Source of the DNA: Endomicrobiia bacterium
Lineage (GTDB): Bacteria; Elusimicrobiota; Endomicrobiia; DTEH01
DNA length: 64,000 bases
Direction of reading: 5' to 3'
NCBI GenBank assembly: GCA_039630545.1
Contig: JBCNUU010000003.1
Span: forward strand, 28,820 to 92,819
The notes beneath the pieces are model-generated. The model made no database searches, was not told the origin of the DNA, and was given only the letters and a program-made list of their open reading frames with translations. The position numbers and the translations under genes are program-made. Shown piece after piece: positions 47,448-57,176 of the stretch (its first letter is position 1; each line of letters starts with the position of its first letter).

Positions 47448-48827
47448 TTAAATTTTTTTGTACAATTTTTGTTTAAATTCTAATATAGTTTTTTTAAAAT
47501 CTACTATTGGCTTGGGATAATTTTTAAATGAATGATTCTTTAAAATCCTCTCATTATGCAGTATTTCATTATCTATGTTTTTTAATTCTTGAACATACTT
47601 CTTTATATAAATAGTATCACTGTCGAATTTTCTAGATTGAATAAATGGGTTAAAAAATCTAAACTTGGTGTCTACTCCAGTAGAGGCATTCCATTGCCAG
47701 TTTCCTATATTAGATGGTATATCATAGTCAATAAGTTCTAAGGAAAAATATCTTTCACCCAAACGCCAATCTATGTGTAAGTTTTTAGTAAGAAAATTTG
47801 CGACAATCATTCTTACTCTGTTATGTATATAACCTTCTTCTTTTAGCTGACGCATACCAGCATCTACTATTGGATAACCGGTTAGTCCATCTTGCCATTT
47901 TTTGAAAAGATTTTCATTATTTTCCCAATGGATTTTTATGTTTTTTTTAAAATTTTCAAATTCACTTTCTGGATAGTGGTATAGTAGATAGTTAAAAAAT
48001 TCTCTCCAAATAAGTTCATCTAAAAATTTATTATGGTTCCCTTTTTTGTTTAAAATCCAACGAAAGAGACTCCTAATAGAAATAGTACCATATCTTAAGT
48101 GAGGACTCAGAAGAGAAGTTGAGTTTAAGTGAGGAAAGTCTCTACTAATAGCATAGTTGTCAATTAAACTTTCAAATCTTTTAAGTAACTCATAGGGATC
48201 CTTTTTTGCTCCTTCAAACTTTAAGCTTTGCGTTTCAAAGTTGATACTACCTAAATCAATAGGAAGTTTTGTGACAGTATTAGAAACTGATATTATATGT
48301 GAAAAATCTGTATTTACTAACTTAATTTTGCTTTTAATTCTGTATTCTTCTGATATAAGAATATTTAAGTTTTCCTTAATAGCAGACATGAAACTGCTAA
48401 AAACTTGATAAGGTTGCCCTTTTGAATTAAAAAATTTTTCTACTGGCGTTATGAAATTTTCATTGAGTAGTTTTAATTTATACTTCTTTGATATTTTTTT
48501 AAAAATGTTTTTTGAGTAATTATCAAATTCGTTAGAAGCTATGATGTTGTTTATTTCAAAATTATGGGCAAGGAAATCAAAAATATCTAAAGGAGAACCA
48601 TAAAATATAGCTATATCTAACTTATTTTTCCTTAGTAAACTTTTAAATTTGATCAACTGTTGAAATAAAAAACTTATTCTTTTGTTATTTTTGTTTAGAT
48701 TGTATAACTTGTCTTTATCGAAGATAAAAATTGGTAATACATCTAAACTATCTGTACAAGATAAAAGTTTGTTGTCAACAACTCTAAGTTCTCTTTTGAT
48801 CCAAATTATGTCTATTTTTTGTTTCAT
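47448..48827 (-). CDS. phr: Deoxyribodipyrimidine photolyase / cryptochrome family protein
   Basis: 459 aa. IIWIKRELRVVDN N-terminus, LIWREFF, TGYPIVDAGMRQL...GYIHNRVRMIVANFL.K.L.IDWR.GE.YF...L.DYD...N.GNWQW. Confidence 0.85.
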   Translation of the reverse strand: MKQKIDIIWIKRELRVVDNKLLSCTDSLDVLPIFIFDKDKLYNLNKNNKRISFLFQQLIKFKSLLRKNKLDIAIFYGSPLDIFDFLAHNFEINNIIASNEFDNYSKNIFKKISKKYKLKLLNENFITPVEKFFNSKGQPYQVFSSFMSAIKENLNILISEEYRIKSKIKLVNTDFSHIISVSNTVTKLPIDLGSINFETQSLKFEGAKKDPYELLKRFESLIDNYAISRDFPHLNSTSLLSPHLRYGTISIRSLFRWILNKKGNHNKFLDELIWREFFNYLLYHYPESEFENFKKNIKIHWENNENLFKKWQDGLTGYPIVDAGMRQLKEEGYIHNRVRMIVANFLTKNLHIDWRLGERYFSLELIDYDIPSNIGNWQWNASTGVDTKFRFFNPFIQSRKFDSDTIYIKKYVQELKNIDNEILHNERILKNHSFKNYPKPIVDFKKTILEFKQKLYKKI

Positions 48828-49692
48828 CTAGATTTTTGATTTCTTTTATTAATTTTAAGACAGCCTTTTCTTTATTTTTTGCCTCAACGATAATATCTAT
48901 TCTTCTTGTAGTTTGAAAATTTTTGTAAAGTTCTATAAAATCATCTAACTTTACATAATTTGCATGTTCATTTGAATTTTCATGGGATGATGAAATATGA
49001 AACTCGGGGATCCTATCACCCCAGGTTTTTAGAACATCTTGAGAGCTAAATATAGAAGAATTTAGCTTATTATGATGATGGTCGTATACTAAAGGAAGAC
49101 CTAACTCTTTAAGCTTAAGAAGGTCTTCTACTGTGAAACTTTTGTCATCGTTTTCCACAGCCAATCTTTTGGTTAACCACTTATTTTTTGCTAATGTATT
49201 CGCAAATCTTTCTAAACTTTTTTCCTTGTTCCCATATATTCCACCTAAGTGAACGACTACTATACAATTTTTATCTAAGTTTAGGCAATCCAGAACCCAA
49301 AAGTGATACTCTAGTTCTCTTAAAGATTTCTCTACTATTTCTGGTTGAGGCGAGTTTAACACAACAAACTGTCCTGGATGCATTGTTATTCTTATATTGT
49401 AATTTTTTATTTTATAGGAAAAATATATAAGCTCCTTTTCAATTATCTTTAACCAGCTTTTGCTAAAAGTTTCATGAGAGGCAAAAGGTATAAAGTTAGA
49501 ACCTAACCTGAATATTGTGAAGTTATTTTTTTTAGAAATTTCTAAAAGTTTTTCAAAGTCATTCAAATTTTTAAAAAAGACTTTAAGCAAATTATCTTTG
49601 TTTAAATTTTTCAATTTTAGTTTTCTGTTAGTTGTAATCTTACCATCTGCCGTTGAACAAAAAAAACCAAATCCAAAATTTTTAAAATACAT
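48784..49692 (-). CDS. uvdE: UV damage endonuclease UvdE/UvsE
   Basis: The track start (49713) is a TTG overlapping lemA; the ATG at 49692 avoids that overlap. FRLGSNFIPFASH, ITMHPGQF, VVHLGG, LAVENDD, DHHH are UvdE-like TIM-barrel motifs. The 3' end overlaps the photolyase start by 44 nt. Confidence 0.72.
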   Translation of the reverse strand: MYFKNFGFGFFCSTADGKITTNRKLKLKNLNKDNLLKVFFKNLNDFEKLLEISKKNNFTIFRLGSNFIPFASHETFSKSWLKIIEKELIYFSYKIKNYNIRITMHPGQFVVLNSPQPEIVEKSLRELEYHFWVLDCLNLDKNCIVVVHLGGIYGNKEKSLERFANTLAKNKWLTKRLAVENDDKSFTVEDLLKLKELGLPLVYDHHHNKLNSSIFSSQDVLKTWGDRIPEFHISSSHENSNEHANYVKLDDFIELYKNFQTTRRIDIIVEAKNKEKAVLKLIKEIKNLDETKNRHNLDQKRT

Positions 49693-49696
49693 ATTT

Positions 49697-50269
49697 TTAA
49701 TCTTCAAAATCAATTTTTATATTTTCTTTAGCTTCTTGTTTTATTTCAAAGTATATATTTTTCTCCCTAAAACCAGATAATTTAGCCACAATGTTACTCG
49801 GAAAACTTTTTACAAGAATGTTATAATTCTTAACTATTTCATTATATCTTCTTCTTTCATTAGCAATTCTATTTTCTGTTCCTGCAAGTTCATCTTGAAG
49901 CCGAATAAAATTTTCGTTTGCTTTAAGTTGGGGATAGTTTTCTGCTATAGCTAAAAGTCGTGCTAATGCTGATTCTATCTCCTTTGAAGCAGTAATTTTT
50001 TCCTGGATAGTTTTTGCTCCTAAGAGTTTTGCTCTTGCATCGGCTACATAAGTGAAGATTTCTTTTTCGTGCTTTGCATAACCTTTTACTGTATTTATTA
50101 AATTTGGGATTAAATCGTATTTTCTTTGCAGCTGGTTTTCAATCTGTGCCCAAGATGCAGTTATATTTTCATCCAGTGTTACAAAGCGATTATATATAGA
50201 AATGTATGTTGAGCCTATTATAAATATAGTAGCTAATATTACTCCTAAAATAATCCATATTTTTCTCAT
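49697..50269 (-). CDS. lemA: LemA family protein
   Basis: 190 aa. N-terminal TM, YNRFV.LDE.I.ASWAQIENQLQRKYDLIPNL...VKGYAKHE. Confidence 0.85.
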   Translation of the reverse strand: MRKIWIILGVILATIFIIGSTYISIYNRFVTLDENITASWAQIENQLQRKYDLIPNLINTVKGYAKHEKEIFTYVADARAKLLGAKTIQEKITASKEIESALARLLAIAENYPQLKANENFIRLQDELAGTENRIANERRRYNEIVKNYNILVKSFPSNIVAKLSGFREKNIYFEIKQEAKENIKIDFED

Positions 50270-50301
50270 ATTCTTATATCCTCCTTTTTATCTTCTAAAA
50301 A

Positions 50302-51006
50302 TTAGAGATTATTTACAAAGTCAATAACTTTTTCAATTTCTTTTGTATATTGTTCAAAAAGTTCTTGAAGATTGTACTCTTTAGTCTCTTTTTTGTCTTG
50401 TTTTAAATTTAAAATTTTTTCAAAAGGTTGTATATTAATTCCAAGTATTTCATTTTTTATAACTTCTAAAACTTCGGTCTTTTTAGCAGGGACTTGTTTT
50501 TGTAGAAGTTGTATTACACTTTTGAACAACACTAAAAATGTAGAGATACTCTCAATTAGTAGTTTTTTTAATTTTTGTTTTTTGCCTCCTGTTAATATGT
50601 ATAATTGTTTAAGTTTTAGTAATTTACTTTTTAATTCAAACTCACACTCGTGGCGTAAATTTTTAAAGTTTATTTCAATTTTTTCAACTATGTTTTCTCC
50701 ATATAGAATTTTATGATTCTGTTTTATGTCTAAAAACTCTATTGGAAAAACATCAACAGAACTTAAAAAAGTTTTCGTGTCAAATATTAAAGGAGGGGGA
50801 TTTCCATGTTTTACCCATTTTTTTACAGGTTTGGTTAAGTTATTCAAATCAGTGATCTTTAGATCATCTGCTATAATAAGTATATTGTAGTCAGAGTATT
50901 TTGTATCTTCTTGGGACGCTTTTGAACCATAAAGTGTTATTGATTTTAGTTTTTTACCTAAAGAATTTTTTATTTCTTGTATAAAGTTTTCAAGAATTTT
51001 TTGCAT
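50302..51006 (-). CDS. Nucleotidyltransferase-domain protein with a helical C-terminal domain
   Basis: 234 aa. ITLYGSKASQEDTKYSDYNILIIAD matches the minimal NTase GS...(D/S)D.D motif. Confidence 0.5.
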   Translation of the reverse strand: MQKILENFIQEIKNSLGKKLKSITLYGSKASQEDTKYSDYNILIIADDLKITDLNNLTKPVKKWVKHGNPPPLIFDTKTFLSSVDVFPIEFLDIKQNHKILYGENIVEKIEINFKNLRHECEFELKSKLLKLKQLYILTGGKKQKLKKLLIESISTFLVLFKSVIQLLQKQVPAKKTEVLEVIKNEILGINIQPFEKILNLKQDKKETKEYNLQELFEQYTKEIEKVIDFVNNL

Positions 51007-51094
51007 AATTTTTGCTCCTAACTATATATTAGTTATCTTGCACAATTTCTGCTAATATAAATTCTAAACTTTAAGTAAACTTTAAGTAGCAAAA

Positions 51095-51826
51095 TTACCA
51101 TCCTCTCGATGCTCCTCCTCCACCACTTATTCCGCCACCAAACCCACCAAAACTACCTCCAAATCCACCTCTGTTGAAGCTTCCGCGAAAACTACCCATT
51201 TGACTTAGTATCCAGAAACTTAAAAATGGATATCTAAATGTTAAAAGGAAAAAAATTACAAAAAATAAAATTGCTAATTTTTCAAAAAAAGAAGGTTCTT
51301 TTTCTAATTTTATATCTTTGTAGATTTCACCTGTAAGTTCTACACCAACATCTTTAGCTATGATGTTAGCAATTGCTGCTGTTCCATAAAGTAAACCTTT
51401 TGAGTAGTTGTGTTCTTTAAAGTGTGGTATTACATATTTGTCTAAAATTTCGCCACAAAGCCCATCAGGTAAAATTTCTTCTAGTCCATATCCTACTTCA
51501 ATTCTTACCTTTTTATCTTCTATAGCCACAACAAACATAACACCGTTATCTTTTTTTCTTTTTCCGACACCCCATTTTTCAAACAATCTTGCTGCAAACT
51601 CTTCAATTGTATAACTTTCAAGAGAGTTTAATGTTACAATAGCTACCTCAGCAGAAGTTTTTCGTTCTAATTCTACAATAATACTTTCAATTTGTTTTTT
51701 TGTTGTTTCGTCTAATATGTTTGCAAAGTCAGAGATCCATCCCTGGGGTGATAAAGATTCTATTATATCAGATTTGCATAAGTAAGTTAAGAAAAAAAAT
51801 AATATCAAAACTAAAACTTTTTTCAT
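51095..51826 (-). CDS. TPM-domain (YgcG-like) protein with a TM segment and a Gly-rich tail
   Basis: 243 aa. Signal peptide, GWISDFANILDE......IE....ELE.KTSAEVAIVTL (TPM), later a TM segment and GGFGGSFGGFGGGISGGGGASRGW. Confidence 0.75.
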   Translation of the reverse strand: MKKVLVLILFFFLTYLCKSDIIESLSPQGWISDFANILDETTKKQIESIIVELERKTSAEVAIVTLNSLESYTIEEFAARLFEKWGVGKRKKDNGVMFVVAIEDKKVRIEVGYGLEEILPDGLCGEILDKYVIPHFKEHNYSKGLLYGTAAIANIIAKDVGVELTGEIYKDIKLEKEPSFFEKLAILFFVIFFLLTFRYPFLSFWILSQMGSFRGSFNRGGFGGSFGGFGGGISGGGGASRGW

Positions 51827-51917
51827 TTTTATTTTATATAAATTAATAATTGTTTTATCAATTGAAGAATAATGAAACTTTATTTTGAAGTTTGTTTTTA
51901 ATAGATAAAGTCAAAGT

Positions 51918-52532
51918 ATGACTATAAAAGCAGTAATTTTTGATTGGGGCGGAGTTATTATTAAAGATCCAGCTTATAAAATGTTAAAGTTTTGTGCTGA
52001 TTTTTTAAGAGTTGATAAACACAGGTTAGAAATCGTTTATTCAAAATATAAAGAAAAATTTCAAAAAGGAAAAATAACAGAAAATCAACTTTTTGATAAA
52101 ATGATTTCAGAGTTGAATTTAAAAGTAAAAATTAAACCAAAATTTTCTTTATGGAAAAAAGCAGTTAGAAAAATTTTTAAGGTAAACAAAAGAATTATTT
52201 ATTTAATAAAAAAACTCAAAAAACAAAACTACAAAATAGCAATTTTGTCAAATACAGAGGTTCCAGCAGTTGAATATTTTTATGAGAAAGGATTTAATAA
52301 ATATTTTGATGTTAAAGTTTTTTCCTGTGAAGTTGGTTTTGTAAAACCGCAAAAAGAAATATATAAAATAGCACTTAAAAGACTAAAATCTAAACCACAA
52401 GAAGTAATTTTTATAGACGACAACGAAGAATATGTTAACTCAGCAAAGAAGATTAAAATAAATGCAGTTTTATTTAAAAACTTTAAAAAACTAATTTATG
52501 ATTTAAAATTTTATTTGCCTAATTTCAATTAG
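51918..52532 (+). CDS. HAD-superfamily hydrolase (subfamily IA)
   Basis: 204 aa. AVIFDWGGVI motif I, LSNT motif II, FIDDN motif IV. Confidence 0.7.
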   Translation: MTIKAVIFDWGGVIIKDPAYKMLKFCADFLRVDKHRLEIVYSKYKEKFQKGKITENQLFDKMISELNLKVKIKPKFSLWKKAVRKIFKVNKRIIYLIKKLKKQNYKIAILSNTEVPAVEYFYEKGFNKYFDVKVFSCEVGFVKPQKEIYKIALKRLKSKPQEVIFIDDNEEYVNSAKKIKINAVLFKNFKKLIYDLKFYLPNFN

Positions 52533-53419
52533 ATTTCTTTCCCTGTTAACATATAATAAATCTCACGATATTTTTTAGATGTTGTTTCTATAACTTCTTT
52601 TGGTAAATTAGGTCCTGGATAGGTTTTATTCCAGCCTGTTGATTCTGTATAGTCGCGCACATATTGTTTGTCAAGCGATGGTTGTGTTTGTCCTTCTTTG
52701 TATGTAGCTTTAGGCCAGAATCTGGATGAATCAGGTGTTAAAATTTCATCAATTAAGATGATTTTCCCTGTTTTTTCTTCTACTCCGAACTCAAATTTTG
52801 TATCTGCTATTATTATTCCCCGGGTTTCTGCGTACTCAGCTGCCTTTTTGTATAATTCAATTGATTTTTGTTTTATGAACTCAGCTTTATCTTTTCCAAT
52901 AATTTCAGCTGCTTTCTCAAAGGTTATGTTTTCATCATGACCTACTTCAGCTTTTGTTGAAGGTGTAAAGATAGGTTGTGGAAGTTTTGAAGATTCAGTA
53001 AGTCCCTCAGGAAGTTTTATCCCACAAACAGTGCCAGATTTTTTGTATTCTTTAAGTCCACTGCCGGTTAAATACCCTCGGACGATGCATTCTACCGGAA
53101 GCACTTTTGCCTTTTTTACTACCATTGTGCGAAGCTCTAATATGTCTTTGTGTTTTTTAAACTCCTCAGGAAGCCCATCTACACCGAAATTTATTATGTG
53201 GTTTTCTATTATATCTTTTAGGTATTCACACCAGAATTTAGTAAGCTGAGTAAGTACTGCTCCTTTATATGGTATAGGATCCGGTAAAACAACATCAAAC
53301 ACAGAAATCCTATCAGTAGCAATAATTACTAATTTGTCACCTAAATCAAATATGTCTCTTACTTTTCCCTGCTTTTTAGGAGTAAGACCTAACTCTTTTG
53401 TTGATGTTAAAGTTTGCAT
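52529..53419 (-). CDS. purC: Phosphoribosylaminoimidazole-succinocarboxamide (SAICAR) synthase PurC
   Basis: 296 aa. GKVRDIF, ATDRISVFD, VECIVRGYLTGS, IIIADTKFEFG. Confidence 0.93.
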   Translation of the reverse strand: MQTLTSTKELGLTPKKQGKVRDIFDLGDKLVIIATDRISVFDVVLPDPIPYKGAVLTQLTKFWCEYLKDIIENHIINFGVDGLPEEFKKHKDILELRTMVVKKAKVLPVECIVRGYLTGSGLKEYKKSGTVCGIKLPEGLTESSKLPQPIFTPSTKAEVGHDENITFEKAAEIIGKDKAEFIKQKSIELYKKAAEYAETRGIIIADTKFEFGVEEKTGKIILIDEILTPDSSRFWPKATYKEGQTQPSLDKQYVRDYTESTGWNKTYPGPNLPKEVIETTSKKYREIYYMLTGKEI

Positions 53420-53443
53420 AGTTTTACCTCCATATATAAAAAT

Positions 53444-54235
53444 TTATATTCTCTTTCCAGAAGGGATATAGCCTTCTATGTCGATGCATATATACTTATA
53501 TCCAATTTTTTTAAGTTTTTTTACTATAGATGGTAAATTTTTGTTTATAATAAAATTTTTAATTTTGTCTTTTTCTACTTCAATCCTGGCGAGCTCTTCA
53601 TGATCTCTTACTCTAAACACATACTTAATATAATTTTTAATAATTTTTTCTGCTTTTTCAACCTTTCTTAATTTTTCCTTTGTTATTTTTTCTCCAGATG
53701 GTATTCGTGAAGCCAAACATGAGAAAGAAAATTTCCTCCAGATTGGAATTTTAAATTTTTCTGAAAGTTTTCTTATTTCTTTTTTTGTAAATTTTGCTTC
53801 GACTAAAGGACACACAACTTTTAGCTTCCTTATAGCAAGAAAACCAGGTCTTATGTCGTTTTTTATATCATCATAATTTGTGCCGTCAAAAATTACATCA
53901 TATTTTAATTTCTTCTTTAGTTTTTGTATTTTTCTGTATATTTCATATTTACAATGAAAACATCTATTAAATAGATTTTTTGTAAATTTTTTGTTTGCCA
54001 GTTGTTTTGTTTTTATTATTATGTGGGGGATTTTAAGTTTTTTAGTAAATTTTTCAGCAATTTCTACTTCGCTAGTTGGAAAGATTTCTGAAGATGCTGT
54101 GACTGCTAAAATTTTTTTGTTAAGTTTTTTACAGATATATAAAAGAAAAGAACTATCAACTCCGCCGGAGTAAGCAATGACTATTGAGTTAAACTTATTT
54201 ATTATCTTGTAAAGTTTTTGAAGTTTTTTGTTCAT
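53444..54235 (-). CDS. larE: LarE-like ATP-dependent sulfur transferase (PP-loop ATP pyrophosphatase, TIGR00268-type)
   Basis: 263 aa. PP-loop IAYSGGVDSSFL and the SCLASRIP motif containing the Cys that is sacrificial in LarE. Confidence 0.65.
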   Translation of the reverse strand: MNKKLQKLYKIINKFNSIVIAYSGGVDSSFLLYICKKLNKKILAVTASSEIFPTSEVEIAEKFTKKLKIPHIIIKTKQLANKKFTKNLFNRCFHCKYEIYRKIQKLKKKLKYDVIFDGTNYDDIKNDIRPGFLAIRKLKVVCPLVEAKFTKKEIRKLSEKFKIPIWRKFSFSCLASRIPSGEKITKEKLRKVEKAEKIIKNYIKYVFRVRDHEELARIEVEKDKIKNFIINKNLPSIVKKLKKIGYKYICIDIEGYIPSGKRI

Positions 54236-54329
54236 TGATTTGACCTAATATAAATTTTATATAATTAATTCAACAAGTGGAAAAGTTGAAAATACTTCAA
54301 TAAAGATGTAATTACTAACAAAAAACTTT

Positions 54330-55757
54330 ATGAAAATAAAAGAAGAAAAAACTCAAATAGTTTCGTATCTAGAAGATGCTTCAAACTTTACTTCAGGTAG
54401 AGCAGACAAAATATACATCCCTGAAGATGAAAAAGAAGTCATAGATATAATAAGAACCTGCGCTAAGGAAAAAACCCCGCTGACGATTTCTGCAGCAGGT
54501 ACGGGAACTGTTGCAGGAAGGATTCCTCTTGAAGGAGTTGTGCTTTCAACAGAAAAATTAGATAAAATAATAAAAATTGACACAAAAAACAAAACAGCAA
54601 CACTACAGGCAGGTGTTGTGGTGGATAATTTTTTAAAGGAAATAGAAAAATTAAATCTTTTTTATCCACCGTTTCCCACAGAAAGAACAGCTTTTATTGG
54701 AGGCAATGTTGCTACAAATGCTTCTGGTGAATATAGTTTTAGGTTTGGATCTACAAGAGAATATGTTAAAAGAATAAGAATGGTTTTATCCACAGGAGAT
54801 GTTTTAGATATTTCACGTAAGGAATTTTTTGAAAAAAATGGTTTTATTGATTACAAATTTTTTAAAATAAAGCTACCTTCCTACCGAACTCCAAATGTAA
54901 AGTGTTCTGCAGGCTACTATATAAAAGACAACATGGACGCCATTGATTTACTTATAGGTTCGGAGGGGACTTTAGGAGTTATTACAGAAGTTGAAGTTTA
55001 TTTAATTGATAAACTTCCAGAGAGGTTTATAGTTATATTATTTTTTAAAAAAGATACAAATATTCCCGTTATTGTAAAGAAAATAAAAAGTAAAAAAGAA
55101 GAACTTGGGATATATAGTTTAGAGTTTTTTGATGAAAATTCATTGAATTTCTTAAAAGATGAATATGATTTTGTTGTGGAAAATTCCTGTGCTTTATATA
55201 TAGAAGCTGAAAAAGAAAACCTGGAAAAGCTTGTTGATATTATTGAGGAATTTAAAGTTATCTCCAGTGCCGTTGCAGAAAGTTTATCTGACTACAAAAA
55301 ACTTGTAGAGTTTAGACATAAGCTACCAGAGAAGATAAACTCATACTTCAAAAAAATAGGTTGTTCAAAAATTGCAGTGGATGCTGCTGTCCCAGATATA
55401 AAATTTGAGGAATTTTTTTGGTATTATAAGAAATTAATTTCAGAAAAAACTACTTTTAAAACTGTGCTTTTTGGTCATATCGGAGAAAGTCATCTTCATT
55501 TTAATATGTTTCCTGAAACCACTCAACAGAAAGAACTTGCACAGGAAATTTATGTTGAGGTAATAAAAAAAGCAGTTTCTTTGGGTGGTACTGGTTTTGC
55601 AGAGCATGGCATTGGTAAACTAAAAAATAAATATCTAAAATATATGTACACACAAGATCAGATATTAGAGATGGCAAAGATAAAAAAAACTTTTGATCCT
55701 TACTGGATACTTTCTTTAGATAATATATTTCCTAAAAACATTATTGAACATTTATGA
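54330..55757 (+). CDS. FAD-binding (PCMH-type) oxidoreductase, GlcD/D-lactate dehydrogenase-like
   Basis: 475 aa. ISAAGTGTVAGRIP, GGNVATNASG, LIGSEGTLGVITE, HIGESHLHFN. Confidence 0.72.
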   Translation: MKIKEEKTQIVSYLEDASNFTSGRADKIYIPEDEKEVIDIIRTCAKEKTPLTISAAGTGTVAGRIPLEGVVLSTEKLDKIIKIDTKNKTATLQAGVVVDNFLKEIEKLNLFYPPFPTERTAFIGGNVATNASGEYSFRFGSTREYVKRIRMVLSTGDVLDISRKEFFEKNGFIDYKFFKIKLPSYRTPNVKCSAGYYIKDNMDAIDLLIGSEGTLGVITEVEVYLIDKLPERFIVILFFKKDTNIPVIVKKIKSKKEELGIYSLEFFDENSLNFLKDEYDFVVENSCALYIEAEKENLEKLVDIIEEFKVISSAVAESLSDYKKLVEFRHKLPEKINSYFKKIGCSKIAVDAAVPDIKFEEFFWYYKKLISEKTTFKTVLFGHIGESHLHFNMFPETTQQKELAQEIYVEVIKKAVSLGGTGFAEHGIGKLKNKYLKYMYTQDQILEMAKIKKTFDPYWILSLDNIFPKNIIEHL

Positions 55758-57169
55758 CAAAAATAGAAAAGATTTATAGCTCAAAATTTTTAAAACTAAG
55801 TTTTATTATTCTGGTGTCTTTGATTACTATTTTTCACAGATTAGATGAATCTCCATTAGGTTTTGACGATGCACATTATGCTCAAAGAGCAAAAGAGCTT
55901 CTTAAAAACAGAGATTTTTTTTATATTAACCCGACATTTGGTGATGAGATTTTACTTGATAATAAGCCACCAGTAGTATACTGGTTTTTAGCTTTATCTG
56001 GCTGGATTTTTGGTTTTAAAAACTGGAGTATGAGGTTGTCTTCAGGAATATTTGGATTTTTGAGTTTGATAATGATGTTTTTTGTAGTCTATTATTTTAC
56101 TAAAAATCTTGAATATAGTTTTTGGTCTACTTTCATATTAAATTTTACACAACAGTTTATCTATTATTCAAGATCAGCTACTCCGGAAACAATTTTTAAT
56201 TTTTTCTTCTGGAGCTCCTTATTTTGTTTCTACACAGCAATAGAGAAAAACAAACCTCTTTTTATTTATCTATTTGGAATTCTTTTAGGTTTAGCTATTA
56301 TGACAAGGCAAGTGTTTGGTTTGATGATTTTAATTATTATACCTGTATATCTGATGGTTATTAAAAGGATAAATTACTTGTTAAACATAAACTTTATTTG
56401 TGCTTTAGTTGTTTCTATGATAATATCTATACCATGGCATTCAGTTATGGTGGTTAAATATGGAAATAGTTTTGTAAATAATTATTTTGGAGTAATTATA
56501 AACTATTCTATTTCAAGAGAAGCTCATTGGTATGAATATATTAAAAAAATCATAGAATCATACTGGCCATGGTTGCCATTTTTGATTTTTGGATTTTTAA
56601 ACTTCAAAAATATAAACAAAGAAATTAAAAATTTTGCTATTTTGATTTTTGTATCAGTTTTTATATATTTGTTTATATTACACATTCCAAAATTTAAAGC
56701 ACCTCAGTATCTGGTTGTGATGTATTTGCCTTTCAGTTTTATTTCTTGTTATGGATTAATAAAGCTTGATAGAAATTTTATATTAAGAAAAATTTTTATA
56801 ATTCTAGGTATTTTGTTGCCAGCATTGTGGTTGTTTTTCCCAATAATTCCGGATACATTGGATAGTAACGAATATAAAAAATTAAGCGAAAGTTTTAATG
56901 AAATTAAAAGTATTGGCAAAGAAATTTTTACTTTGTTGAACCAGGAATATTGGCATTTCAAAAATGGGCTTTTGTTCTATTTAGACAAAAATGTGGTTGG
57001 CTTAAAAGAAGCTGATTTTATAGATTCGATTGTTAATACATCTTCAAATTTTTACATATTAAAGTGGAAAGATTTTAAGGATTTGTCAGAAAAATACGAT
57101 TTTGAGAAAAAGATTGTAATATTTTCTTCACAAACAGAATCAGTAGTTTTCATGTCTAAAAGTTATTAG
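55754..57169 (+). CDS. Glycosyltransferase family 39 / ArnT-PMT-like polytopic membrane glycosyltransferase
   Basis: 471 aa, about 10 TM. The first-loop motif DDAHYAQRAKELL resembles the DE/DD catalytic loop of GT-C enzymes. 4-nt overlap with the upstream gene. Confidence 0.55.
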   Translation: MTKIEKIYSSKFLKLSFIILVSLITIFHRLDESPLGFDDAHYAQRAKELLKNRDFFYINPTFGDEILLDNKPPVVYWFLALSGWIFGFKNWSMRLSSGIFGFLSLIMMFFVVYYFTKNLEYSFWSTFILNFTQQFIYYSRSATPETIFNFFFWSSLFCFYTAIEKNKPLFIYLFGILLGLAIMTRQVFGLMILIIIPVYLMVIKRINYLLNINFICALVVSMIISIPWHSVMVVKYGNSFVNNYFGVIINYSISREAHWYEYIKKIIESYWPWLPFLIFGFLNFKNINKEIKNFAILIFVSVFIYLFILHIPKFKAPQYLVVMYLPFSFISCYGLIKLDRNFILRKIFIILGILLPALWLFFPIIPDTLDSNEYKKLSESFNEIKSIGKEIFTLLNQEYWHFKNGLLFYLDKNVVGLKEADFIDSIVNTSSNFYILKWKDFKDLSEKYDFEKKIVIFSSQTESVVFMSKSY

Positions 57170-57176
57170 TTTAAAT

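Noticed and set aside
51066-51087. Perfect 11-bp tandem duplication AAACTTTAAGT x2 as a repeat element or CRISPR-like feature
   Set aside because: There are only two copies with no spacers in an AT-rich promoter region. This is most simply slippage or a small operator, so it is mentioned under the NTase finding only.
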